Assembly (NCBI GenBank): GCA_007118855.1
Contig: SKQU01000026.1
Coordinates: 4,505 to 68,504, forward strand
DNA length: 64,000 bases
Direction of reading: 5' to 3'
DNA from: Spirochaetaceae bacterium
GTDB taxonomy: Bacteria; Spirochaetota; Spirochaetia; DSM-27196; SLST01
How positions within the stretch are numbered: the stretch's first letter is position 1; each line of letters begins with the position of its first letter. A program made the position numbers and the translations under genes. The notes under the pieces were generated by a model. The model did no database searches. It was given only the letters and a program-made list of their open reading frames with translations, and had not been told where the DNA came from. Below, in pieces: positions 1-7,620 of this stretch.

Positions 1-131
1 CGGTGTTGGACGCGAGCGAAGCCTCACTCGGAGGCGGCAGGTCCACCGGGAGTCCGTGAAGCGGAACCTCCGGAGCCGGACCGTCGTTCCTGGATGTCAC
101 GACAAGAACGTATGTGCCGTCCCGTTCGGGG

Positions 132-659
132 TCAAGGTCTCCAGCCCTGTTCCGGTCCGGCGGAAGCGAGCCAGCTTCGGTAGCGCGACAGCTCTTCAAG
201 GAAGTTCGGCGTGTAGATCTCGCGTGGGTGTCCGCCTATCTCGGCGATCGACCAGAACCGCCCCTCGGTGATCTCGGTCGGGTCCACCTGCACCGGGCCG
301 TCCCAGAGGGCGCGAAACGTGGCGACCATTTCCGACTCGTACTCGTTGCGGTGCAGATACCGGTAGAGCGGGTCGATCCGTGCGCCGTCTATCCCCAGCT
401 CTTCCCGCATCTCGCGTCTGGCCGCCTGCTCATAGGTTTCGCCGGTGTCAACGTGTCCGCCCACCGAGGTGTCCCACCGGTTGGGCTGGACGTCCTTCTC
501 CGGTGAGCGCAGCTGCAGGAAGAGCTCGCCGAGCGAGTTGAACACGAGCACATGGGCCACGCGATGGATGAGCTGCGGGTTGCCGTGAACCTGCGCGCGA
601 AGCGCGCACCCGACCACCTCGTCGGCTTCGTTCACCACGTCGAAGACTTCTGCGCTCAT
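132..659 (-). CDS. Nudix hydrolase
   Basis: 175-aa ORF with a complete Nudix box GHVDTGETYEQAARREMREELGI (Gx5Ex7REUxEExGU). Its ATG at 659 overlaps the TGA of the upstream gene (ATGA). Confidence 0.8.
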   Translation of the reverse strand: MSAEVFDVVNEADEVVGCALRAQVHGNPQLIHRVAHVLVFNSLGELFLQLRSPEKDVQPNRWDTSVGGHVDTGETYEQAARREMREELGIDGARIDPLYRYLHRNEYESEMVATFRALWDGPVQVDPTEITEGRFWSIAEIGGHPREIYTPNFLEELSRYRSWLASAGPEQGWRP

Positions 660-1813
660 GGGCCCGTCTGGCGCCCTCCCATCGTGAGCGCGTGGATCGT
701 TCCCTGCAGTTCGCGTATCTGCTGCTTCTGCGCCGAGATCAGGCGGATGAACTCCTCCGCCGTGGCCTCGTCCGGATTCTCGTCGAGACGCGTGCCCGGG
801 TGCGGGTTGATCGACCCGTAGTCGTCTTCGGCCTCAATGGTTGCGAGCGCGAAACTGTCCTCGTACTCGTCGAGATCGAGCGGCATCTCCGGAAAGCGTT
901 CGGAGTGGATTATCTTCTGCGCGATCCGGTCGATCTCCTTCAGGATCAGGGAGTCCCGCCCCACGAGCGCGAGCGGTACCGTATCGCTCACCGCCTCCCG
1001 GACGATGTGGTCGTAGTAGAGGAACCCGAGGCAGCTCGGCTCGAGCTGCAGGCGCTCTTCTATCAGCGTCCGCAGGCTCTGGACGATCTCCATGTCCTCC
1101 GGATGATCCGCCATGCTGACGATGATGCTCGGGCGCAGTTGGCTGATCCGGTCGCGAGCGAGCTTCGCGGCACGCTTGCTGATCTTCTCGATGCCTTCGA
1201 CGATCTGCGCGATGCTCGGCGTGGCGTTCGGCTGTCGCTCCTTCACGATGTCCGACAGGAATCGGCTGACACCCTTCTGGTCCGAGAAGGTCTGCTGCAG
1301 GAGCCGGAAGACGGCGTTCTTGAGGAACCCGTAGGCATTCAGGATCGACGGGGTCTGCGGCGTCGTCACCATGAGTCCCGAGTTCGAGATCAGGAAGAAG
1401 TCGAGGGTGTTGAAGTGGCTGCCTGACCCGAGGTCGAGCAGGATGTAGTCGGCATCGAGCTTCTCGATATTCGTGATGATGCTTCGCTTCTGCGCATGAG
1501 AGAGGTTCGCCGCTGCGGCGACCAGTACGTCCCCGGGAATGAACTCGAGGTTGGGGTACGGTGAGCGTACGCGCACATCGTTGAAGCTCACCGAGCGGTC
1601 GGAGAGGAAGTTCCCGATCCCGCGATGGCGGTTCTTCACGCCGAGGTAGGTGTGCAGATTCGACGCGCCGAGGTCGAGATCGATCACCACGGTGCGCTGA
1701 CCGAAGGAAGCGAGCGATATCCCGAGGTTGGCGACGAGCACGCTCTTGCCCACGCCGCCCTTTCCCGATGCGACCGGCAGAATCTTTCGCCGAAGGTCTT
1801 CGTTGATGATCAT
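656..1813 (-). CDS. MinD/ParA-family P-loop ATPase (FlhG/YlxH-like) with an acidic, coiled-coil C-terminal tail
   Basis: 385 aa. Deviant Walker A near the N-terminus (VASGKGGVGKSV) followed by VVIDLDLGASNLH. C-terminal EEFIRLISAQKQQIRELQGTI segment. ATG at 1813 preceded by AGGGGAG. Confidence 0.8.
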   Translation of the reverse strand: MIINEDLRRKILPVASGKGGVGKSVLVANLGISLASFGQRTVVIDLDLGASNLHTYLGVKNRHRGIGNFLSDRSVSFNDVRVRSPYPNLEFIPGDVLVAAAANLSHAQKRSIITNIEKLDADYILLDLGSGSHFNTLDFFLISNSGLMVTTPQTPSILNAYGFLKNAVFRLLQQTFSDQKGVSRFLSDIVKERQPNATPSIAQIVEGIEKISKRAAKLARDRISQLRPSIIVSMADHPEDMEIVQSLRTLIEERLQLEPSCLGFLYYDHIVREAVSDTVPLALVGRDSLILKEIDRIAQKIIHSERFPEMPLDLDEYEDSFALATIEAEDDYGSINPHPGTRLDENPDEATAEEFIRLISAQKQQIRELQGTIHALTMGGRQTGP

Positions 1814-1852
1814 GCCGACTCCCCTGATTCGTAGTATAGTCGGTGTAAGAGT

Positions 1853-1881
1853 TTGCGGAAAGGCGCGACTTGCATTATAGT
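1853..1881 (+). promoter_or_regulatory. Candidate sigma70-type promoter for the 859-aa gene (TTGCGG-N17-TATAGT)
   Basis: TTGCGG at 1853-1858 and TATAGT at 1876-1881 with a 17-nt spacer, 21 nt upstream of ATG 1902. GGGGGTGGG Shine-Dalgarno lies in between. Confidence 0.35.
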
Positions 1882-1901
1882 ATCCAGTCAGCGGGGGTGG
1901 G

Positions 1902-4481
1902 ATGCTAGAGATATTCGATCAGAACCCACAGAGTCGCGTGTTTCACGTGGACCGCGAGTGCTACGTGGTCTACCTCGGATCCCACTGGGAAGACTTCAAG
2001 CCGTTCCTGCGACTGGGAACCTCGCCCGAGCTCCCGCCCGAGCTCCCGCCCATCGTATCCACGATCGTCGTTCCGGACGCGCTCACCGGGAACCCGCTGG
2101 ACGAGCCTGCATGCCTCGCCGGCGATGCCACGCCGGATACGCACTATGTGGGTGATCTGGAGACGGTCGAGCACATGAAGAGCTTCGTCGGTCAGCACAC
2201 GATCCCCGTGGAGGCGATCGAAGCGATCGATCACGAGGACGACGACGGCAAGCACGTGCTCGTCTACTACTATAAGGACGGCAATCTGAAGATCAAGTTT
2301 CGCAGGAACGAGATCTTCGACCTCAGACGCCGTGAGAAGCTCGACGGACACTTCATCGCGCGTGCCCAGGATGCCAAAAACGAATATGGACGCGGGCCCT
2401 TCAAGTTCCCCGGCGATGCGTATCAGCTGCCCGGCTTCATCGTGCTGCGCGGCGCCCCCTACCTCGTAGCGCGCGGAGAGCTCGCGGCGCTGCATCTGAC
2501 CGACGACTACTTCTTTGCGCTCTCGGCGGCCGGTATCGACGCGGACAGGGTATCGACGGTGCAGGCCGAGGAGGCGGACGCCGCGCTCATCCGGTTCTTC
2601 AAGCGCAGTCGTACCCGGAACCGGCTGGTGCGCATCTCCTCGCCTCGCGGTGAGCGGGTTCGCCAGGCATCAGATCTCTTTCCGGCCAACTCGTTGCCTC
2701 CGTTGAAGACGATAGTTCTGGAAGGCCATGGCGGCGTCTTTGATTTCCACAAGTTCCGCGTGACGCGGGCGTCGGGACGGTTCGAGGCCTCGCTCGACGG
2801 GCTCGACGGGCCGATCGTGTTCGGGTCCGCCGCAAAGAAGACACGCGACGGTTCGTACGTGGTCGACGCGACCGCCGGGTCACTCCTGTTCGTCCGGTCA
2901 AAGACGAGCCATCCGCTCGTCGAGGGAACGCTCTACCAGTTCGGCGGGGTCCCCACGAACGACGACGCGAGTCGTTTTCTGCCCGAGAAGAACTACCCCT
3001 ACCGTGATCTGCTCTCCCAGGCCGAGAATACGCTGCTTGCGCAGCTCGAATACTTCTTCAACGAGCTGTTCGGCGGCCGCGACACCGCGAAGGTGATCCG
3101 AACGCTGAAGGGGCTCGATCCTGTGAAGGCGATCGGCAGGGACGACGGCTCGATCCACCCGATCGTTGAGGTCGTGCTTCACAACTACAAGGAGTATGCC
3201 CGGTACGTTCGCGACCATGAAGCGGAGGTCGGTCGCGGGGCGGAGGCCCTTCTGGGTCTGCTCGACCGTCACCAGGTTGGCAGGGCGGATGCCCCTGCCA
3301 ACCTGCCTCTTGTGGGTGAGATCTGCCGCGATGGCGAGCGGGAGTACCTCTTCTACCGCCTTGCCGCACGGATCACCGGCGACCGCTACGCTCATGCGGA
3401 ACAGGTTGCCGCGAAGGTTTACGCGCTCCCGGCCGTTGATTTCGCCGCCGAACGTCAGCGTCTGGTGGACCTCATCGCCGGGCTTGCGACGCCGGAGCAG
3501 ATGGACGAGGCTCGGTTGCGCCGGATCGCCGCGGCGGGAAAGAAGAAGGCTGCCGACCGACGCGCGGGCGAGTCCGAGAAGGAAGGCGCGGGCGGTTCAG
3601 AGCAGGATGCTCACGGCCGGGGAGACGGGACGACACCAGCGGGTGCACGGGAGCGGGGCGGGAAAGCCGCACCTCGCGGGAGAGCCGCCGGGGGCCGAGG
3701 CGCGGGCACCCGACGCAGGACCGGACGGCGCAGATGGGTGCTTCCGACCGCGGTGCTGCTCGTCCTGATCGCGGCGCTCCTGGCGCTGCTTCTCACCGGC
3801 ACGATCCCGAGTCCCTGGTTCGATCCCGTGGAGCCGGCGGCGGTGACCGACGACCCCACGGTTCCGATGCCCGACCCGGACGTCGTCGACCCGGACCTGA
3901 GGGACCCGGATGTCGACCCGGATGTGACCGATCCGGACCTGGTAGATCCGGACGCCGTCGTTCCGGACGCCGTCGATCCGGATGTGGAGCCTCGCCTGCC
4001 CGACGGATGGCCCGAGGAGTCTCTCCCGGCGATTCAGGCGCTCGAGCAGACGCCCGGTGTGACGATCACCGAAACCAGCGTGATCGGTCCGGGCGGGATC
4101 GAGATCACCCTGCGTGACATCATTGACCTGGTCAACCGAATCGCGACCGACAACGGGTATGCGCCCATGGGCGTGATTGACCCCGACCGGCCCGACCCTG
4201 ACTGGATCTATCCGGGAAATCTCTTTGTACTCCCGGACGGCACGCGCTACACTGTAGTGCAAGGTGATACGCTGTGGCACATCACCGTTCGGTATATGGT
4301 GGCTCGTTTGCGCAGCGACTACGACCGGTACACCCGTCTCGTCGCCGAGTACGAAGATGAAGCAACCGGTGAAGCGCGTCGGACCGAGATCGTTGAGTTA
4401 CTGGCGGCGCTCGGTGCTGCTTCGCACACCGAGAATTTCACCCGACTGGTCGAGGAGACCCTTGATCGCTGGGAAGAATAG
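1902..4481 (+). CDS. Uncharacterised bitopic membrane protein: ~590-aa cytoplasmic region, Arg/Gly-rich linker, one TM helix, D-P-D repeat spacer, C-terminal LysM-like segment
   Basis: 859-aa ORF with ATG plus SD. One hydrophobic helix (WVLPTAVLLVLIAALLALLLTG) preceded by an RRRTGRRR positive-inside cluster. (V/L)xDPD repeats follow. LysM-like strings IYPGNLFVLP and YTVVQGDTLWHITVRY sit near the C-terminus. Confidence 0.7.
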   Translation: MLEIFDQNPQSRVFHVDRECYVVYLGSHWEDFKPFLRLGTSPELPPELPPIVSTIVVPDALTGNPLDEPACLAGDATPDTHYVGDLETVEHMKSFVGQHTIPVEAIEAIDHEDDDGKHVLVYYYKDGNLKIKFRRNEIFDLRRREKLDGHFIARAQDAKNEYGRGPFKFPGDAYQLPGFIVLRGAPYLVARGELAALHLTDDYFFALSAAGIDADRVSTVQAEEADAALIRFFKRSRTRNRLVRISSPRGERVRQASDLFPANSLPPLKTIVLEGHGGVFDFHKFRVTRASGRFEASLDGLDGPIVFGSAAKKTRDGSYVVDATAGSLLFVRSKTSHPLVEGTLYQFGGVPTNDDASRFLPEKNYPYRDLLSQAENTLLAQLEYFFNELFGGRDTAKVIRTLKGLDPVKAIGRDDGSIHPIVEVVLHNYKEYARYVRDHEAEVGRGAEALLGLLDRHQVGRADAPANLPLVGEICRDGEREYLFYRLAARITGDRYAHAEQVAAKVYALPAVDFAAERQRLVDLIAGLATPEQMDEARLRRIAAAGKKKAADRRAGESEKEGAGGSEQDAHGRGDGTTPAGARERGGKAAPRGRAAGGRGAGTRRRTGRRRWVLPTAVLLVLIAALLALLLTGTIPSPWFDPVEPAAVTDDPTVPMPDPDVVDPDLRDPDVDPDVTDPDLVDPDAVVPDAVDPDVEPRLPDGWPEESLPAIQALEQTPGVTITETSVIGPGGIEITLRDIIDLVNRIATDNGYAPMGVIDPDRPDPDWIYPGNLFVLPDGTRYTVVQGDTLWHITVRYMVARLRSDYDRYTRLVAEYEDEATGEARRTEIVELLAALGAASHTENFTRLVEETLDRWEE
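3867..3992 (+). repeat. In-frame degenerate Asp-Pro-Asp repeat tract (MPDPDVVDPDLRDPDVDPDVTDPDLVDPDAVVPDAVDPDVEP)
   Basis: Reiterated gacccggac / gatccggat units in the DNA, immediately after the TM helix of the 859-aa protein. Confidence 0.8.
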
Positions 4482-4507
4482 ACCGAAGGAGGAGAGAAGG
4501 GTTTTAG

Positions 4508-4535
4508 TTGTTAACGCTGGAAAGTGTATTATACT
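4508..4535 (+). promoter_or_regulatory. Candidate promoter for the cfpA-like gene (TTGTTA-N16-TATACT)
   Basis: AT-rich patch in the 125-bp intergenic region. TTGTTA at 4508-4513 and TATACT at 4530-4535. Confidence 0.35.
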
Positions 4536-4557
4536 TAGGCCGGGGAGAACGAGAGCC

Positions 4558-4581
4558 GGGCAGAGCGTAGTGCTTCTGCCC
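4558..4581 (+). promoter_or_regulatory. 5' leader stem-loop upstream of the cfpA-like gene
   Basis: GGGCAGA(GC)gtagt(GC)tTCTGCCC gives 7+2 bp with one bulge. It lies between the candidate -10 and the AGGAAGGAG SD. No U-tract follows, so it is not a canonical terminator. Confidence 0.35.
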
Positions 4582-4606
4582 AAAACCACCACAGGAAGGA
4601 GTTAGT

Positions 4607-6583
4607 ATGTCCGATATCCCAAGGAGTCCAAACGTATTTCACCCTCGCAAGCCGTCAGCTGTTGGGTCACGCAACAGTCTGGCCCAGGAAGGGCGAAGCC
4701 AGAAGGACGAGTACAAGCAGGTCATCGCTGAAGAGGTGGAGAACATCCTCAAGGACATCCAGGTCAAGCTGCCGAACGAAGTGCTCGAGCAGCTCGACGT
4801 CATGGGTGGACTGAAGGAGAAGATCTACAACTACTACAACCAGAATTACCAGAACATGTTCAACCGGTACATCGTGACCGCTGAAGATGAGATGGTGAAG
4901 AAGGTTCGTAACTTCATCGACAAGGAAGAGTCGAAGGCCCTCGCGCGGTATTCTCCCAAGGAGATCGCCGAGATGCTCGACCAGATCGGTGGGGCGGACA
5001 AGTTCAACACCGGCGAGATCGAGAAGTCGATGGTCAACATGTACGGCCATCTCCAGGGGCACATCCAGCGAGGGATGAACGATCTCGAGAACGACACCAA
5101 CGCGCTGCTGCGGCAGAAGGCCGACGTCGGTGCCTTCATTCGCGGCGAGAACGCCTATTCGATCGTGAAATGCGCGTTCAAGGACAACCTCCACAAGCCG
5201 AAGAACGTCAGCGACGTGAAGCTCTCGGTGAACATTCTCGACTCCGAGCTCATAAGCCCGATCTTCCAGTACCAGGTGACCGTGGAGTTCCTGATCAAGG
5301 ACCAGATCGCCAAGACGATTACGACGCTGATCGAGCAGGAAGTCGAGCGCTACCAGGACGAGCTCGTTGACGAGGGCAAGGACGAGCTGACCGACAGCGA
5401 GATGATTTTCGAGAAGATCAAGCGGGTTCCGAACTACACCGACGACGATGCGGAGGACGAGAGCTCGAAGCGCTACACCTTCATGGCGAAGGAACTCGTC
5501 GAGAAGATCGAGGGGCTTCGCGCGGAGATCGATCCCAAGGAGTTCGATCCGCTCAACATCCGGGAGAACATCAAGAAGATCATCGACGCGGAGAACATTC
5601 GCAACCGCGGGTTCAACACGGCGATCAACTCGCTGACCTCAATTCTTGACACGTCGAAGATGGGCTATCAGTACATCGAGAACCTGAAGAACGCCCGCGA
5701 GCTCATCGTACGAGAGTACGAGGACACGGACGTCAACAACCTGCCGGACGAACGTTACCAGATGCGCCTGAAGTACTACGACCAGGAGCAGCTGCTGAAG
5801 GAGCGCGACGCGTACGACAAGCAGATGGAAGCGTTCAAGAACGAGATCACGCATGCGTGGGACGTCGTTCGCGCTCTCTACGACAGCAACAAGAGCGGCA
5901 TGCGGGTCAACGACTTCGACGACGTTGCGAAGCGGATGCGCGGTCGGGTTCGGCGTGCAAAGCAGGAGAGCGGAGAGCCGCTGTACGAGGAGATCGAGAA
6001 GACCTGGAACGAGATTCTGCGCATCAAGGCGGAGGAGACCGACGTCGAGCGGCTCAACAACACCTACCTGCACGAGAAGGCTCTGCTGAAGAAGATGCTC
6101 AACCGCTCCCAGGAGACGGTGGCGACGGTATACGGTCATCTCAATCCCAAGGAGCGGGTCGAGGTGGACAAGCGGATCCACTTCCTGCGGCGCGAGTTCG
6201 AGGAGTTCGACTACCTGATCAACCCCTACCATATTCAGCCGGGCCTCATCCTCGACGTGGACATCACCAGCATCAAGCGGAAGAAGTTCACGCTCAACGG
6301 GATGGCGAACGTGCTGAACGAGTTCCTGCACGGTGTCTCCAAGGGCTTCCAGGATGCGGCCTTCGCAACCTTCAAGCGCCGACGCAGCACGGTTCGCGAA
6401 GACCTGAACCAGAGTTTCATGTCCACTGTTGACCAGGAGATCACGGCTCAGGTCCCGGAGGCACAGCACTTCGAGTCGGCAACCGATGACGAGGAGTCGA
6501 GTGATGCCGGAGTGAAGGGCAAGGCTGATGTGACGCCGTCGCGGCGCCGCCGGAAGTCCTCTGACGATCTGCAAGAACTGTAG
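4607..6583 (+). CDS. cfpA: CfpA-like cytoplasmic filament protein (K/E/N-rich, coiled-coil-prone)
   Basis: 658 aa, similar in size to treponemal CfpA as I recall it. Long charged heptad-like stretches. Strongest SD in the window (AGGAAGGAG). Located two genes upstream of ppdK, the order I recall for T. pallidum. No alignment was run. Confidence 0.55.
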   Translation: MSDIPRSPNVFHPRKPSAVGSRNSLAQEGRSQKDEYKQVIAEEVENILKDIQVKLPNEVLEQLDVMGGLKEKIYNYYNQNYQNMFNRYIVTAEDEMVKKVRNFIDKEESKALARYSPKEIAEMLDQIGGADKFNTGEIEKSMVNMYGHLQGHIQRGMNDLENDTNALLRQKADVGAFIRGENAYSIVKCAFKDNLHKPKNVSDVKLSVNILDSELISPIFQYQVTVEFLIKDQIAKTITTLIEQEVERYQDELVDEGKDELTDSEMIFEKIKRVPNYTDDDAEDESSKRYTFMAKELVEKIEGLRAEIDPKEFDPLNIRENIKKIIDAENIRNRGFNTAINSLTSILDTSKMGYQYIENLKNARELIVREYEDTDVNNLPDERYQMRLKYYDQEQLLKERDAYDKQMEAFKNEITHAWDVVRALYDSNKSGMRVNDFDDVAKRMRGRVRRAKQESGEPLYEEIEKTWNEILRIKAEETDVERLNNTYLHEKALLKKMLNRSQETVATVYGHLNPKERVEVDKRIHFLRREFEEFDYLINPYHIQPGLILDVDITSIKRKKFTLNGMANVLNEFLHGVSKGFQDAAFATFKRRRSTVREDLNQSFMSTVDQEITAQVPEAQHFESATDDEESSDAGVKGKADVTPSRRRRKSSDDLQEL

Positions 6584-6586
6584 GGT

Positions 6587-7561
6587 ATGGAAAACACACT
6601 GAATCTTCTGTCGCGCAGGGCCGGTTTCAACACCGCCCTGCGCCACTTCAAGAGCGTCAACGCGTTTGCCGAAGACGTCGGCGAGGGGTACAACCTCGCC
6701 GATGTGCTCAACGAGGCGCTCGAGGACGGGTCGCTTGAGCGATACCAGGTCCGCGCTGTTCTGAACGCGCTCCTGGTCGAGAAGCTCGGTTACGTCACCC
6801 GCGCTCACAATCTCGAGGCCACGATAGACGACGCAGAGCCGATCATTGAAGCCCTTTCGAAGTGGGGGAAGATCCACGTCGTACTGTGCTACTACCATCC
6901 CCAGGCCGGTCTGTACGTCATCAACCCGGCGAACCCGGCGCATTGGGACGGTGTGTTGCCGCTTGTACGGGACGAGTACTTCCTGATGTTGGTGGGTCCG
7001 GCTACCGGGTCCCCGGATCACAGGACGCTTGAACGGGCGGCCGACGACGTTCTGAAGGTGCTCTACGGAAAGAGCGTCAAGGATGATTCCGCCTACCGTG
7101 GCAACCGCCGCGTTCTGAAACCTGCAGCCGATATACCGAGCTTTGACGAGACGCAACCGGCGCGCGCGGTTACATCCGCCGTGACGACGGAGGCTCCTGC
7201 TCAGCCCGCGGCCCAACGCGGCGGCAGCAGAAAACGGATAACCCCCAAGTATTCGGTCGTGGTGACGAACGAGCTCTTCCACAACGGGAACGTGGAGGCC
7301 TGGAAGAAGATCATTGCGAGCTTCCAGGCGAAGTACCCCGGACTCGACGTCCTCATCTGGTACGAGAATGAACGGATCAACGACATCAACTCACTGTTCA
7401 AGTGGGGGAAGGTCAAGCATGGTGTTCCCATCATGTTCAGCGTTGCGGGCGATGAGATCAAGGATGTCCGCAAGCTGCAGCGCTACCTCTACGAGGGGGC
7501 AAGCCCACGATTCGAGGCATTCCTCAAGGGCGGCTACGACCAGGTGCTGGACCTATTCTGA
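6587..7561 (+). CDS. Uncharacterised two-domain protein tightly linked to the cfpA-like gene
   Basis: 324-aa ORF. ATG lies 3 nt after the cfpA-like stop. Balanced composition. Two globular-looking halves joined by an Ala/Pro/Thr/Gln linker (TSAVTTEAPAQPAAQRGG). Confidence 0.7.
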   Translation: MENTLNLLSRRAGFNTALRHFKSVNAFAEDVGEGYNLADVLNEALEDGSLERYQVRAVLNALLVEKLGYVTRAHNLEATIDDAEPIIEALSKWGKIHVVLCYYHPQAGLYVINPANPAHWDGVLPLVRDEYFLMLVGPATGSPDHRTLERAADDVLKVLYGKSVKDDSAYRGNRRVLKPAADIPSFDETQPARAVTSAVTTEAPAQPAAQRGGSRKRITPKYSVVVTNELFHNGNVEAWKKIIASFQAKYPGLDVLIWYENERINDINSLFKWGKVKHGVPIMFSVAGDEIKDVRKLQRYLYEGASPRFEAFLKGGYDQVLDLF

Positions 7562-7620
7562 CGCAGACGATCCGGCGCTCCGGCGCCGCTCGTCGATCGC
7601 TCGCATGATGGAGAGAGGGA

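Noticed and set aside
1-131. Possible partial gene at the left edge (plus-strand ORFs 56-271 and 114-506, or a minus-strand gene starting here)
   Set aside because: The plus-strand ORFs overlap the Nudix gene in antisense and are Arg/Ser-rich. The sequence is too short and has no motif, so no call can be supported.
4558-4581. Reading the GC hairpin upstream of the cfpA-like gene as an intrinsic terminator of the 859-aa gene
   Set aside because: It is followed by AAAACC rather than a U-tract, and it lies downstream of the candidate cfpA promoter. A 5'-leader structure is more consistent, though neither reading is proven.
5639-7282. 547-aa ORF antisense to the cfpA-like gene and the 324-aa gene
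   Set aside because: Arg/Leu/Val/His-rich low-complexity translation typical of shadow ORFs opposite real genes in GC-rich DNA. It has no motif. The sense-strand genes have SDs, promoters and protein-like composition.
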